64,000 bases of DNA from contig CAVYAN010000072.1 in assembly GCA_963766075.1 (NCBI GenBank), forward strand, positions 128,001 to 192,000, in the 5' to 3' direction. Position 1 is the stretch's first letter. Each line of letters starts with the position of its first letter. This stretch comes from an uncultured cyanobacterium (lineage in GTDB: Bacteria > Cyanobacteriota > Cyanobacteriia > Leptolyngbyales > Leptolyngbyaceae). Positions 21,029 through 33,571 of this stretch are shown here, one piece after another. The translations under genes and the position numbers were made by a program. The notes under the pieces are model-generated. The model had not been told where the DNA came from and made no database searches. It worked only from the letters and a program-made list of their open reading frames with translations.

Positions 21029-22279
21029 ATGTCAGCATCTCACCTAATTTCTCTACGATTGGCGAAACCTGACGAATTAGGGATTGTGGCCAATTTGGAG
21101 CGATTGGCCTTTGCCCCCCATCGATCGGATTATGAAATCGAAAAAGACTGGTTTGGTGGCCAGGTTCAGCTACCGGGGCAATCGCAGTTTCTCGCGGTAG
21201 ATGTTCAGGGACAGCCGGTTGGGTGCTACAGCCAGCTTGACCTGGGGATTTGGCTAGAGAAGCAGTTAATTCCGACCTTGGGACTGGGCGGCGTGGCCGT
21301 AGCCCCCCATCGGCGCGGCCAAGGCGTCGCGCGCCACATGCTTGAACATGCCCTGAAAACCGCCCTCCAACAAAACGTCCCCCTAGCCATGCTGTATCCC
21401 TTTCAGCAGGGGTTTTATCGGGCCTTGGGCTGGGCCTGGGTGGGTGAAACCCGGCAGTATCGGGTGGCTACCCGAGATTTACCGGAGTTTGCCGAGTCGC
21501 AACAGGTCGTGCCCTTTGATCCAGAGGCGCATCAGCTTGGGGTGCAGCAACTCTACGAGCAAGGGGCAATCCTTCAAAATGGCTGGCTCCAACGGCGCGA
21601 TTGGCAGTGGAAAAGTTTCTTCAAACCTACTGCAGGGCAGGAGATCTACTGTTATGTAGACGCTGGAAAGGTGCTGGGCTATGGCATGGGGCAATTTACC
21701 GAAATCAATGGGCAATGGGCGATCGCCATTCGGGAATGGGTGGCGTTAACCCCAGCGGCTTATCGGGGCATTTTAGGCTGCTGGGCAGGATGGCGGGACC
21801 AAATTTCCACGGTCATTTGGAACACTTATGCGACCGATCCATTTCCCCATTTACTGCGGGAGCAGCGGCGAACGCCCCATTTGCCTACGGAACCCTTTGG
21901 CTTTGGCTTGACCCAAAACTTTGGAGCGATCGGCAGTGGCTTTATGTGGCGCTTGGTGGATTTGCACCGTGCTCTAGAATTGCGTCCGATTCAGCCGGTT
22001 GTGGCCTTTGCCCTGACCTTTGTGGTGCAGGATGCGGTGCTGGGTAATCAAACCCTGTCCGTGGCCTTTGAGGAGGGCCGGATGCGGATCCTGGACCAGG
22101 CCACTGATACCGTGATCACCCTGTCTGTCGAGCAGTTGACCCTGGTGTGGAGTGGGGTGCGGCGGATGACGGAATTGGTGGCCATGGGATCGGTAGATGT
22201 GCTGGGCGATCGCACCCGACTGTCCCTGTTGGATGCCGCATGGCAGGCTAAGCCGCCCTTCTGCTGGGACTTTTTCTAG
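21029..22279 (+). CDS. Eis-like GNAT acetyltransferase
   Basis: GVAVAPHRRGQGVA, LYPF..GFYRALGW, C-terminal SCP2-like region ending P..WDFF. Confidence 0.9.
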   Translation: MSASHLISLRLAKPDELGIVANLERLAFAPHRSDYEIEKDWFGGQVQLPGQSQFLAVDVQGQPVGCYSQLDLGIWLEKQLIPTLGLGGVAVAPHRRGQGVARHMLEHALKTALQQNVPLAMLYPFQQGFYRALGWAWVGETRQYRVATRDLPEFAESQQVVPFDPEAHQLGVQQLYEQGAILQNGWLQRRDWQWKSFFKPTAGQEIYCYVDAGKVLGYGMGQFTEINGQWAIAIREWVALTPAAYRGILGCWAGWRDQISTVIWNTYATDPFPHLLREQRRTPHLPTEPFGFGLTQNFGAIGSGFMWRLVDLHRALELRPIQPVVAFALTFVVQDAVLGNQTLSVAFEEGRMRILDQATDTVITLSVEQLTLVWSGVRRMTELVAMGSVDVLGDRTRLSLLDAAWQAKPPFCWDFF

Positions 22280-22347
22280 GGCGGATTCGTTCTACGGCTG
22301 CTTCGCCCCTGCCTTTGGCACACCGGGTTAGCCGATGGCCCCTGGAA

Positions 22348-23502
22348 CTAGGATTCGTCCGTGCTGTCCGGAGAGATGGTCTTGAGGGCATGAATTTGTT
22401 GGTGCAAACTGTTGAGGAGGTCTTCTAAGGTGGGGAGGATACTTTGCTGTTCTGGCGTGGTCACGGGATAGAATTGCATCCGCGTGCGGATGTGATTAAT
22501 TTGCCGTTGGAGCGACTGGGCTGTATTCAGCGCATCCTGGGTCAGCATGGTCACCTGCTGCTGCTGGTGAAATTTCAGGGCGGCTCCCCGCAGGACCTGC
22601 AAGTTGGCTTCTTCGCCGTGGGGGCCGGATAAAATCCGCAGCCGCAGCAACAGCCGGGTGTTCTGATATTGACGCTCCAATTCCAAGTATTGCGGTTTGC
22701 GCACTGGGTCCGGGGGCAATTCGGCGAACTGCTTCAGGGCAGCGATGGTGGCTTCAAATTTGGCCTGGGACAAATCTTCCAGAACGGCCTGCATGACCCC
22801 ATTTTGGCTCCACAAAATTCGCCCATGCTGCGGGTGGCGCTCAAAATACAAGCGCCCAATTCCCCCGGTCAGCATGCGTCCCAGGAGTTCTTCTAGCAGC
22901 TCAGGGGCGGGCAACTCGGCTAGTACAGAGAGCGCATCGGCCAGGTGAGGAGTCGCCACTCGCAGCACGGGCGGTCCCTGGGGATCGTTGGTCAAGGCGG
23001 GCTCTGGGGGATCACTGGGGCCCACGCGGGGCGGGGCGGGCATTTCCGGCTCTAACCGCAAGGTGGCGCGTTCATTGATTTCCGAGGACTTGGGAGGGGC
23101 AATCTTGGGGGCGGGGGGACGACTGGGCTGAGCTTTGCTACTGGCATAGTTGAGATAGGCCGTCAGAACCGCATGGTGCATCTCGGAGGCGATCGCCTGG
23201 GGCGTCAGGGAGCAATTCATGTACCCCATAATGCGCCGAACATAGTCCAGCGCCACACTATCGTCTAGCGAAACCATGCCCAGCTTGAGTCGGCTCCCTT
23301 CCAAGGCCAGCGGCAAAACTTGGTGATAGAGACAGGCTTCAAAGGGCAGAATGCTATCAATCAGCCGAAAGGTCAGCTCAGCATTAATCTGGCCGGTCCA
23401 GTCGGACTTGGCCGCAGACGCTGAAGGGACCGTGGATTGGGCCACCGCCGGAGGCACCATTGTCTCGGCATCGCGTTCAGTGGGTTTGCCTGACAGGGAC
23501 AT
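22348..23502 (-). CDS. PilB/GspE N-terminal-domain protein lacking the ATPase domain
   Basis: LPFEACLYHQVLPLALEGSRLKLGMV..DD (T2SSE_N-like); RLLLRLRI..GPHGEEA.LQVL; no Walker A motif. Confidence 0.65.
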   Translation of the reverse strand: MSLSGKPTERDAETMVPPAVAQSTVPSASAAKSDWTGQINAELTFRLIDSILPFEACLYHQVLPLALEGSRLKLGMVSLDDSVALDYVRRIMGYMNCSLTPQAIASEMHHAVLTAYLNYASSKAQPSRPPAPKIAPPKSSEINERATLRLEPEMPAPPRVGPSDPPEPALTNDPQGPPVLRVATPHLADALSVLAELPAPELLEELLGRMLTGGIGRLYFERHPQHGRILWSQNGVMQAVLEDLSQAKFEATIAALKQFAELPPDPVRKPQYLELERQYQNTRLLLRLRILSGPHGEEANLQVLRGAALKFHQQQQVTMLTQDALNTAQSLQRQINHIRTRMQFYPVTTPEQQSILPTLEDLLNSLHQQIHALKTISPDSTDES

Positions 23503-23814
23503 AGCAAGGGAGTATCAGTAAGGGCTAGAAAATCAGGGGCTAGAAAATCCGTAAAGCACCGCCAAGGATCGATCAAACCGTCAGCCTTATCCAAATCCAA
23601 CACATTAAACCGTCAGCTCTAAATCGTAAGCTTTATCCAACCGTAGCCTGTAATCTGGCAACTGTAATGTGCCATACGTAATTACCCCCTAGGAAACGGC
23701 AATTCCTCTGGAATTATAGGTAGAATTCCGGGTGGTCCACTCAGTAAATTTCCGGAAGCAGTCGTTCTCGGCCTCCGCCTGCGGCCCACGGGTCTAAACC
23801 GGCTAACCTAGACC

Positions 23815-24744
23815 CTAGTCTGACTTTGTTCCTAACCAACTGGCCACCAGTTCCGGCTGATTCTTGGTCGCAAATACCCGGACGGCATGGTAGGTGATTT
23901 TTTCGCGCAGGCGATACACTTGCTTGACGGGAATATCCAGGCTCTGGGCGATCGCCTCCTGGGTTTGCCCCTGTAAATATAACCGCAGCCACTCCGCCGC
24001 TAGCGGCTCTACGGCTTTTTCCAGGTACGTTTCAAACGATTCCACCACCGATTGCCGCAGTTCCTGCTGCTCTTCAGCAGCGCGGGCCTGCTGGTACTGG
24101 GCCACCGCCTCATTATCCAACAGGCTGAACGATCCATCGGAATCGTCTGGGGCCACCTCGTCGGACACCAGCCGGATGAAGTCACCGGAGGGCACCTGGG
24201 TCATCCCGCCCCGTTGGGAGCGGCGCAGATAGTTGACAAATCGGAACGCCAGCAAAGGCTGATTCCGAATCGGACGCAGACAGTACTCTTCCACACTGGC
24301 TAAGAGCAAGGCATTTCGCAGGCGCGGCTCCGCCGTGCACTCGGCGATCCAGCGCATTTGCTGCTGCATGTAGGTGTCGTTTTGCAACAGTTCTTGAATC
24401 ACCTCTTGCAGCACGTCCACGACCGTTCGTTGGCGATCGCGCGATAGGGCAATCCAGGTTTTAATCTTGTTACGAATCAGAAAGAGGCTACTCAGGCGCT
24501 GGATCAGCCGCTGATACCCCCGCTCCTGGGAAACATCCAGATAGCGCTGCCGCAAAATCCGATAGCGATAATCCATCGCTTGGTCGGAGATATGGCGCAG
24601 GCTGGGGGTCAGGTCTTCAAATCGCGATCGATCCTCACCCAGCAGCCAGTTCACAATACTGCCCTGGGTTGCAGAACTGTGTTTTGGGAGTTCCGTTTGG
24701 AGTCGCAATTTCCAAGAAGTCGCAAATTCTTCCGCCACTGCCAT
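23815..24744 (-). CDS. HetZ-related protein (C-terminal sigma region 4-like HTH)
   Basis: SIVNWLLGED, QAMDYRYRIL, EEYCLRPIRNQPL; LRLYLQGQTQEAIAQSLDIPVKQVYRLREKI. Confidence 0.75.
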   Translation of the reverse strand: MAVAEEFATSWKLRLQTELPKHSSATQGSIVNWLLGEDRSRFEDLTPSLRHISDQAMDYRYRILRQRYLDVSQERGYQRLIQRLSSLFLIRNKIKTWIALSRDRQRTVVDVLQEVIQELLQNDTYMQQQMRWIAECTAEPRLRNALLLASVEEYCLRPIRNQPLLAFRFVNYLRRSQRGGMTQVPSGDFIRLVSDEVAPDDSDGSFSLLDNEAVAQYQQARAAEEQQELRQSVVESFETYLEKAVEPLAAEWLRLYLQGQTQEAIAQSLDIPVKQVYRLREKITYHAVRVFATKNQPELVASWLGTKSD

Positions 24745-25249
24745 GAGGTTATTGTCCGGTTCGTAATAAATTCACTCCACCTAGAGTGTGCCTCACACTG
24801 GCCCAATTAATCACTTCCCCCCACGGGGAATAGACACTCTGTGACTACCCTGATATGTCATATCCGCTATCTTGCCTGTGAGATCACGCCTCTACCTGCC
24901 ATCATTCTAGGATGGAAGCTCCAGAGATTGACGATTTAGCCCGCTGCGAGCTGAAAATCCGTTGCCCTAAGGGTTCACCCTCCCTGCGGGGTATACAGAC
25001 TGCAGTTAAGTGCATCTTGCTGCACCGTCCTACGCTCCAGAGCGCCTTTGGATTAGGCTAACCCATCGACAGCACTGCCGTATAAGTACGGAATAAGTAC
25101 GGAAAATTCATCGTAAGTTTAGGGAAACCTACCGTAAAAATCCGGAAAATCCGGAAAAATACAGCCCACCTCAATAAAGATTTAGATAAAGATGCAGCAA
25201 AAACCTATAGTTTGGGCAGAATAGCAGAGCCGTTCTGTGGTTGATAGCG

Positions 25250-28200
25250 ATGCCTGATAGTGTAGGTAATTCTTTAAGTACAGCGTTAGGGATTTCCCTG
25301 AGTCCTTCTCAAAGCTTTACAGAATCTGTTGAAGCGGGTGATCTTGACTTTTACCGCTTCTCCCTCGGGAGCGCCAGCACCGGGGTCACCCTCACCCTCA
25401 CAGGGTTGACAGCCGATGCCAATTTGGAATTGCTCAACGCGGCGGGAACCCCCGTCTCTGATAGCTCTGGGCCCCTCGTTTCCACCAATGGTGGCTCACT
25501 GATCGAGGCGATTAATACGGTCCTCGGTCCAGGCACCTACTACATCCGCGTTTCGCCTGGTCCTGCGGCAGATCCTGCCAACCCGCTCAGCACGACCCCT
25601 TCAACCAACTACAGCCTCAACGTTTTCCAAGACAACGGCATTCGGGCTGATATTGTCTGGCGCAATTCCGTAACGGCTGAGAGCTTTGCCTGGTTTCTGG
25701 ATGGCAGTGGTAATGTGGCCAGCACGGGGATACCGCCTGGTGTGGGCGGGGGCTGGGACTTTCAAACGGCCAGCGGCGATTTTAACAATGACGGCAATGG
25801 CGACATTGTGTTGCGTAACTTTGACCCCACTAGCCCTGACTTTGGCAAGAGTGGCGTGTGGTTTATGAACGGAGCGACCCGGCTGAGTAGCGAAATCAGC
25901 AGTGTCGTGATTCCAGATGCCAATTGGCAAATTCGCGGCGCGGGCGATTTTGATGGTAATGGTCAAACCGACTGGGTCTGGCGCAACTCAGTGACGGGCC
26001 AAAACTCCATCTGGTTCTTGAATGGGGTGCAGCCATTGAGTGGGCCGTTGATTGATTCCCGTTCTGGCCCTTGGCAAATTCAGGCCGCGGGTGACTTTAA
26101 TAGTGACGGTAAAGCGGATATTGTTTGGCGCAATCCCACGACCGGCGAGAACGACGTGTGGTTTATGGACGGGACGGCGGTGATTGGGACCGCACCGCTT
26201 CTGACTGTGAATCTTCCTGGGTGGCAGATTCGGGGCAGTGCCGATTACAACCAAGATGGCAAAGCCGATCTGCTGTGGCGCAATCCGTTGACGGGTGAAA
26301 ATGTTATTTGGTTCATGAACGGGACAGAGCGCACCAGTGACTTGTTCATTCCTAAGGATCCAATTGGCGGGTGGCAGTCTTATGCACTATCGGGGAGAGG
26401 AGTTCCGCGGCCAAAGGATATTGCTGGAAATACAGCGGCAGCGGCCTTAGACCTTGGACCATTGAATGGCAATGGCTTGTTTAAAGGCACGATTAATGCC
26501 AACAATCCGACCGACTATTATCAGTTCACGTTACCGACGGCTAGCCGCGTGGCGCTTTCCTTGGCTGGCGCAACTGGTGGCGATTTGGCCGGCGACTTGG
26601 ATATTTTTCTGTCCAACGCCAGCGGCACCTTTACCCTGAATCTGAACCAAACAGCACTGACACCTCAGGTGGCGACAACGAGTCTGCTACCTTCTGGGGT
26701 CTATAACGTGCGGGTGTTGGCGAAGGGAGCGGCAAGCAGTGCGTATCAGTTGGGGTTGAATACCCTGGCCACGCTAGTGAGTAATAATCCCTTGACGCTG
26801 AATGAAGGTGCGACGCAAACGATTTCCAGTACGAGTTTGCTAGTCAGTGATGGGGCGCAGTCACCCGGTTTGATTACCTATTCTGTCTTGACAGCACCGA
26901 ATCCGATCGCCGGTTCTTTGAATCTAAACAGCACTGTTTTAGCGGTGGGTGGCACCTTTACGCAAGCGGATATTAATGCGGGTCGCCTCACCTATCGCCA
27001 AAGCGGCAGCGAAACTCCGCTAAGCGACAGTTTTGTGTTTAGGGCAGCCACTGGCTCCACGGGGCCGCTGGCGAGCACGATTCCGCCAACCACATTCTCG
27101 CTGAATTTCCTGCCGGTCAACGATGCCCCGCAACTATTGTCTACTAACCTAGGTGTTACCCTCACCGAGGGGACAGCGATCGCGATTACCAGCACGCTGC
27201 TTTCGGCCACGGATGCGGAGCAAGGGCCAACGCAGTTGGTCTACAGCATTAACAACGCTCCGACGAATGGGACGCTGCTGCGAAGCGGGCTGGCGTTAAC
27301 CACGGGCGGCACCTTTACCCAAGCTGAAATCACTGGGAATCTGTTGACCTACAGCCACAATGGCAGTGAAACGCTGAATGATGGCTTCACCTTTACATTG
27401 ACGGACGGTGCAGGCGGCTTCCTGACCCCGCCCACGCGCAGCCTCAGCATTAGCGTCATTTCAGCACCGGACCGCCCCGTTTTGCTGACCAATACCGGCC
27501 TGACCCTGGGCGAAGGATCCTCGCGGTTGATTGCCACCACGCTGTTGAGCGCAACCGATGTTGATACTCTCGCCGATCAAATCGTTTACTCCATTACGTC
27601 GGCTCCAACGAATGGCACCCTATTCCGGGGATCCCTGGGTCAGATTTCGACCTTTACCCAAGCGGATTTGGTGAACGGGCGCATCGTCTACGGCCATAAC
27701 GGCACGAAGACCAATAGTGACAGTTTTACCTTTACGTTGCTGGATGAGCAGGGTACAGCCTTACCCGGACCATCAGGCACCTTCAACATTGCGGTGACGG
27801 GAGTGAACTTTACGCCGGTGCTGGCGACGACCAACCCTCGCCTCACCCTAACGGAAGGGGCGATCGCCACGATCAACACCAGCATTCTGCAAGTCACGGA
27901 TGTTGACAGTGCGCCGCCGCAGTTGACCTACACGGTGCTCAGTGCACCAGCCAATGGCAGTTTGTTGAAGTTTGGTACGCCATTGACTGCGGGCCAGACC
28001 TTCTTCCAGAGCGACATTGATGCGATCGATGGCCGGATCACCTATCAGCACAATGGTAGTGAAACCATCAGCGATGCGTTTACCTTTACGGTGACGGATC
28101 AAACCAGTGGGCGGCTGGCCAACCAGACCTTTAGCATTACGGTGCAGGCCGTGAGTGATGCTCCGGTGCTGGTATCCAACCTCGGCGTGAGCCTGGATGA

Positions 28201-31200
28201 AGGTGCAACGGTGCGGATTCCCACCACACTGCTGAGTGCCACCGATGCGGATAATCTGGCGTCCCAGATTATTTATGAAGTAACGTCGCTGCCGGCTTCT
28301 GGCACCCTCCTGCAAGGGGTGACACCGATTACCACCACCTTTACCCAGGCCACGTTGAACTCGGGTCTGCTGAGCTACCGTCATAATGGCAGTGAATCAA
28401 TTACCGATACGTTTGTCTTTAATTTGCTCGATGGGACGACAACGGTTCCCGGCAACACCTTCAATATCACCATCAATCCGGTCAATGATCCTCCGGTCCT
28501 GGCGGTGAACACTGGAGCGACGGTGACTGAGGGCGGAGTGGCCACCCTGTCCGATGCGGAACTGCTGGTCACCGATGGGGGCGATGGCCCGAGCATCCCG
28601 GCCTACACCCTGGGAACGCTACCGACCAGTGGGACGTTGCTGCTGGGCAGTACCCCGCTGGCCAGTGGTGGCACCTTTAGTCAGGCCGATATTAATACGG
28701 GATTGATTACCTATCAGCACAGTGGTAGCGAAACCCTGCGCGATGGCTTCACTTTTAGTGCATCTGATGGCGGCACTGGCCTGCTGTCGCTGCGCAGCTT
28801 TACGATCACGGTGACCCCGGTCAATGATCCTCCCAGCTTGACCGCACCCGAAAGCATCACGGCAACGGAGGACACGGCCTTCACCTTCTCCGGTGGCAAT
28901 CGGTTGGCGGTGGTGGACCCCGATTCCACTAACCTGACGGTTAGCCTCGGAGTCTTGGAAGGCACGCTCAACATTACGGGAACTGGCTTGACGGTGACGG
29001 GCAATGGCACCAGCGCTGTGACGGTCACAGGGGCGGCAGCCGCGCTCAATACCGGCTTGAGCAGCCTGCGCTATCAAGGGCGGGCCAATTTCAACGGTGC
29101 GGATATTCTCACGGCGACGGTGGCCGATGAAAACGGCGCTATCGCGCCGAAAACCGTGGCGGTGAACGTGCTGGCGGTGAATGATACGCCGACTTTGGTG
29201 GTGCCGGGTGCCCAGCGCGGGCTGGAAGATGTGCCCCTGACCTTTGTCAACGCCAACGCCATCACCTTGTCGGATGTGGATGCGGGCAGTATTCCCCAGA
29301 CGCTGCGACTGGCAGTATCCAATGGGACCTTGAATATTGGAGATTTGCCTGCCGTCAGCTTCTTGGGCGATACCATCAATGGCGGCAGCACCCTGTCTTT
29401 GAGTGGCACGGCGGAGGATTTACAAGCCGCACTGACCAGTCTGGTGTATCAAGGCCGAACCAACTTCAGCGGCACGGATAGCCTCACGATTTCGGTGACT
29501 GATGGTGGCTTGCCGCCAATTACCCGCTCTGTACCGATTACGCTGGTGGCATTGAATGATGCGCCCGTGTTTACGGCAGGTTCGGAGGCGATCGTAGTCA
29601 ACGAGGACTCTGCCCCCTATAGCTTAGGATGGGCCACGGGTATTGGTCCCGGCGGCGGCACCGACGAACAATCCCAGGCGGCGGCCTTGAGCTTCCTGGT
29701 GGCGAATACCAACTCCGCCCTGTTTACGCCAACGGGGCAGCCCGCGATTAACAGATCGGGCGTGCTCACCTTTACCTTGGCCAAGGATGCCAATACTGCG
29801 GTCAGCGGGCCGGTGAATGTCTCCGTGCTGCTCCGCGACAACGGTGGCACCCTCAGCGGTGGGGTCAATACCTCGGAAGAGCGGACTTTCACCATCAACG
29901 TTAACCCTGTCAATGATGCGCCCACGTTTGTGAAGGGGGCCAACGTCAGCTTTGCAGAAGATGCGGGTCCACGGGCCGTAGCCTGGGCCACGAACATTCG
30001 CAAGGGGCCTGCTGATGAAGACGGTCAAAATCTGTTGTTTACCCTGGAAACGCTGTCTACGACGAATCCCAATTTGTTTGTGACTGCGCCCAGCATCGAT
30101 CCCGTCACCGGTATCCTCACCTATGAGACAGCTCCGGATGCCAACGGTTCTGCGGTGATTCGCGCCACCCTAAGTGATGATGGCGGCATTGACAATGGCT
30201 TTGGGGGCACTGGCAGCGATCGCTCCAGCCAAACCTTTACCATCACTGCCACCCCGGTCAACGACCTGCCCGTCCTGTCATTGCCCGTAGGCCCACTGAG
30301 TGTGGATGAGGACGCACGCCTCGCCATTCCAGACATTACGGTCACGGATGCGGATGCGGGAACGGCCCCGATCCAGCTCACCCTATCAGTGACCAACGGC
30401 ACCCTCAGTGTAGGTTCTGCCCCCACGGTAACGGTGACGAGTAACAACAGCCGCAGCGTGACGGTACGCGGCAGTCAGGCCGCCTTGACTCCGGTGCTCT
30501 CCGCGTTGACCTATCAGGCCAACGCTAACTTTGCGGGCACCGCAGGCACCCCCGCCGATAGCCTGACCATTACGGCGAGTGACTTTGGGGCCACGGGGTC
30601 CGGAGCCACGACTACGGTTTCGCGCTCGATTGGGATTATCGTTAACCCGGTGAATGATGCCCCCAGCCTGAGCGTGCCCACAACGACCTTGACAGTGGCG
30701 GAAGACTCCAGCCTTGCCATCACGGGCATTCGCGGCACCGATGTGGATTCTAATTCGCTGACGGTGACCGTTTCCAGCACGAATGGCGGTCTGTTGACCC
30801 TGGGCACCCAGACGGCTGCCTCAACGGTGACCACCACACTCACCCCGGCGACGTTTAACACCGGCCTGACGGGGCTGACCTATCGCGGGGCGGCGAACTA
30901 CAATGGGCCAGAAATCTTGACCGTGAGCGTCAACGATGGCGCGGCGGATCCCGTACTGCGGACGATTAGCCTCAACGTCACCCCCGTAAATGATGCGCCA
31001 GTAATTACGCCGCCGACGGGGCCGATCGCCCCGTTCCGGAAAATACGCCCATTTTCTTTGCGGGCGACACGGCGATCGCCGTCACAGACGTTGACAGTCC
31101 TCAGCTCACGGTGGGCCTTGCCGTGCGCAGCGGTACCATCAACCTCGCCTCGCTGGATGGACTCACGGTTGTCCGGGGCACCAATGGCTCCGCTACGGTA

Positions 31201-32064
31201 ACCTACTCTGGACCTACATCCCTGGTCAGCTCGGCGTTAAGCAACGTCACCTACAGTCCAAATCGAGCCTTCAGCGGCACGGATACGCTAACCATCACAG
31301 CCAGTGATGGCACCGCGACCACGGGCACAGCAACGCCTCGGGTGATTAGCCTCACGGTAACCCCCGTGAACGATGCCCCCGTGATCACGACCCTGGCCCC
31401 GTTAGTCGTGACCGAGGGCAACTCGCCACTGGCCCGTCAGATTACCACCCGACTGCTGTCGGCAACAGATCCTGACACGGCACCGGGCAGCATGGTCTAC
31501 ACGGTGGTGACCGGCCCAACCAATGGCACCCTGCGGGTGGGCGCGGCGGTAGCGAGTCTGTTTACCCAGGCGGATCTGGCGGCAGGGCGCGTGACCTATA
31601 CCCACAACGGATCGGAAACGACGTCGGATAGCTTTGTCTTCCAGCTATCGGATGGGGATACCAATACGGTGCAGCCACTACCGGGCACCTTTAGCATCTC
31701 GGTGTTGCCGATTAACGATGCGCCAGTGCTGCAAACCACGAATCCGGAACTGCTGATTCCCGCAGGAACGCCTCGGGTGATTGCCTTGACGGTGAATCAA
31801 CTGTCGGCAACGGATGTGGATACACTGCCCACTCAGTTGGTTTACACGCTGCTGAGCAACCCGGATGTGGCCTTGGGCAGTCTGCTGAAGTCAGGCTCGA
31901 CGGTGCCATTAGCAGCAGGCAGTTCCTTTACGCAGGCCGATCTCACGAGTGGCACAATTGTCTACAACTACACCGGTCAACCGGGAGGCTCAGACAGTAT
32001 CTTGCTCCAGCTTTCGGACGGCACGACCAGTTTTATCGTGACGCTGAACATTAGCTTGACCTAA
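25250..32064 (+). CDS. Giant adhesin-like surface protein (PPC, FG-GAP repeats, PPC, many cadherin-like repeats), about 2270 aa; frameshift near 31030
   Basis: D.D.Y.F (PPC), GDFNxDGxxDIVWRN repeats, many PVNDAP / Y.HNGSE..D.F.F repeats; ORFs 25241-31201 and 31111-32064 join by a -1 shift (PIA/VPENTPIFFAGDTAIAVTDVD). Confidence 0.88.
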
Positions 32065-32111
32065 GCTCGGGCCGTATGGCCGCCTCTGGCCATGCCAGAA
32101 CGGAATTGAAG

Positions 32112-32205
32112 TTTGGACTTTGGACTTTGGATTCTGGATTGAATCCGAAATCCAAGGTCCAATTTTTTTAGCCATTTAGCCAATTTTTTTAGCCAATTTT
32201 TTAGC
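32112..32205. repeat. STRR-like heptamer repeats (TTTGGAC/TTTGGAT) and AATTTTTTAGCC repeats
   Basis: Direct reading; a similar AAAATCC run is at 20999-21017. Confidence 0.7.
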
Positions 32206-32257
32206 TCCACGTTCATCGCGCTGCACATCGGGTTGCCTATCCCTGAAAATACAAGGT

Positions 32258-32363
32258 TGGGTATCCTGCGGAAAGCAAACTACGACTGCACTCAACCCGT
32301 AATGGCTGAAGGTTGAGCGCAGTCGAAACCGGGTTCGCAGGTTATTTTCATGGAAGTCCCTAA
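32258..32363. mobile_element. MITE/REP-like dispersed element, copy 3 (left end unclear)
   Basis: GGT-TGAGCGCAGTCGAA-ACC core, nested insert, right end TTTTCATGGAAGTCCCTAA. Confidence 0.6.
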
Positions 32364-32368
32364 CAGCC

Positions 32369-33571
32369 TTACTCTGCCTGCAACCAACCCATCGCCTGGA
32401 GCCCCGTCCGCAAGCGCTCGGCTTCGGGGGAGCCTGCTTGGCGGTGGAGGTCGATCGCCCGTTGAAAAGCCGCCATACTGTCGCTGATTTGGCCCTGCTT
32501 GAGCAACGCCACGCCCAGATTTTGGTACGCCTCCGCATAGGCAGGCGCCAGGGCGATCGCCTGATGGTAGTGGGCGATCGCCTCACCCAAGTTGCCGACG
32601 GCCTTTAAAGCCATGCCCAAGTTGTAGTGCCCAGCCGCCAGGGTGGGATCAATGTGCAGCGCTGTGGTGTAGAGATCGGCGGCGGCGATCGCGTCCCCCT
32701 GGGCTAGGGCGACATTGCCCCAGTGTAGGTACGCCCCCAATTTCAGCGTGGGCAAAATCGGCTGAGCCAACGCAGCCTGAAAATGCACCGCCGCCTGGGC
32801 CAACTCCTGCTGCTCGCCACACAGACTGCCCAGGTGGTAATGCAGTTCGTACAGGACGGGCGGTTCCAGCCCATCCCCCGCCAGACCCTGTTCTAGCAAC
32901 TGTCGCGCCCGTCCCCCATCGCCCCCATCCAGGTACAGCGCCCCCAACTTATTACAAATGTAGGCATCCTCCGGATGCTGGGCCAGGTAGCGCTCCATGA
33001 TCCGCTGGGCGCGATCGCCCTTTTGCCGCTGGGCGATCGCCGCCGCCTGATAGCCCGTGTGGGCGATCGCCACCTCCGGCACATCAACGACACGCCAATC
33101 CGGCTCCCGGCGCAAAATTTCCAGGACGCTATCGTCAATCAATTCGTGGTACGGACGGGCAAACCGAATATCGTCCCGCCGCCGAAACAACCGCGAAATC
33201 AGGGAATAGGGCGACTGTTGGGCCCCCACCTCATGACGCAGCAGATTAATCGCCAACACCTCGGGGCGCTGCATGGCCGCGAATAGGGTGGGCATAATGT
33301 CCCCGATGAGCACTTCGTCCGCATCCAAGACCAGGATCCATTCGCCCCGCACGTACTGCAAAGCCTGATTTCGAGCGGCAGCAAAGTCATCGTTCCATGA
33401 AAAAGCATACACCCGGGCAGCGAAAGACTCGGCGATCGCCACCGTCTCATCGGTTGATCCGGTATCGACAACAACAATCTCATCCACATAGGGCGCGGCA
33501 CTGCGCAAACACGTCGGTAACGCCACGGCCTCATTTTTGACAATCATGCACAGGCTGAGCTGGGGTTGCAT
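32369..33571 (-). CDS. GT2 glycosyltransferase with TPR repeats
   Basis: LSLCMIVKNE, DTGSTD, WNDDFAAARN, LDADE, followed by TPRs. Confidence 0.92.
   Translation of the reverse strand: MQPQLSLCMIVKNEAVALPTCLRSAAPYVDEIVVVDTGSTDETVAIAESFAARVYAFSWNDDFAAARNQALQYVRGEWILVLDADEVLIGDIMPTLFAAMQRPEVLAINLLRHEVGAQQSPYSLISRLFRRRDDIRFARPYHELIDDSVLEILRREPDWRVVDVPEVAIAHTGYQAAAIAQRQKGDRAQRIMERYLAQHPEDAYICNKLGALYLDGGDGGRARQLLEQGLAGDGLEPPVLYELHYHLGSLCGEQQELAQAAVHFQAALAQPILPTLKLGAYLHWGNVALAQGDAIAAADLYTTALHIDPTLAAGHYNLGMALKAVGNLGEAIAHYHQAIALAPAYAEAYQNLGVALLKQGQISDSMAAFQRAIDLHRQAGSPEAERLRTGLQAMGWLQAE

Noticed and set aside
23664..23677. GTA-N8-TAC possible NtcA site upstream of the pilB-like gene
   Set aside because: No TAN3T -10 element at the expected spacing; a 6-bp match is common by chance
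31020..31040. Programmed ribosomal frameshift in the adhesin
   Set aside because: No slippery heptamer or clear stimulatory structure; a homopolymer indel next to a methylation motif is simpler
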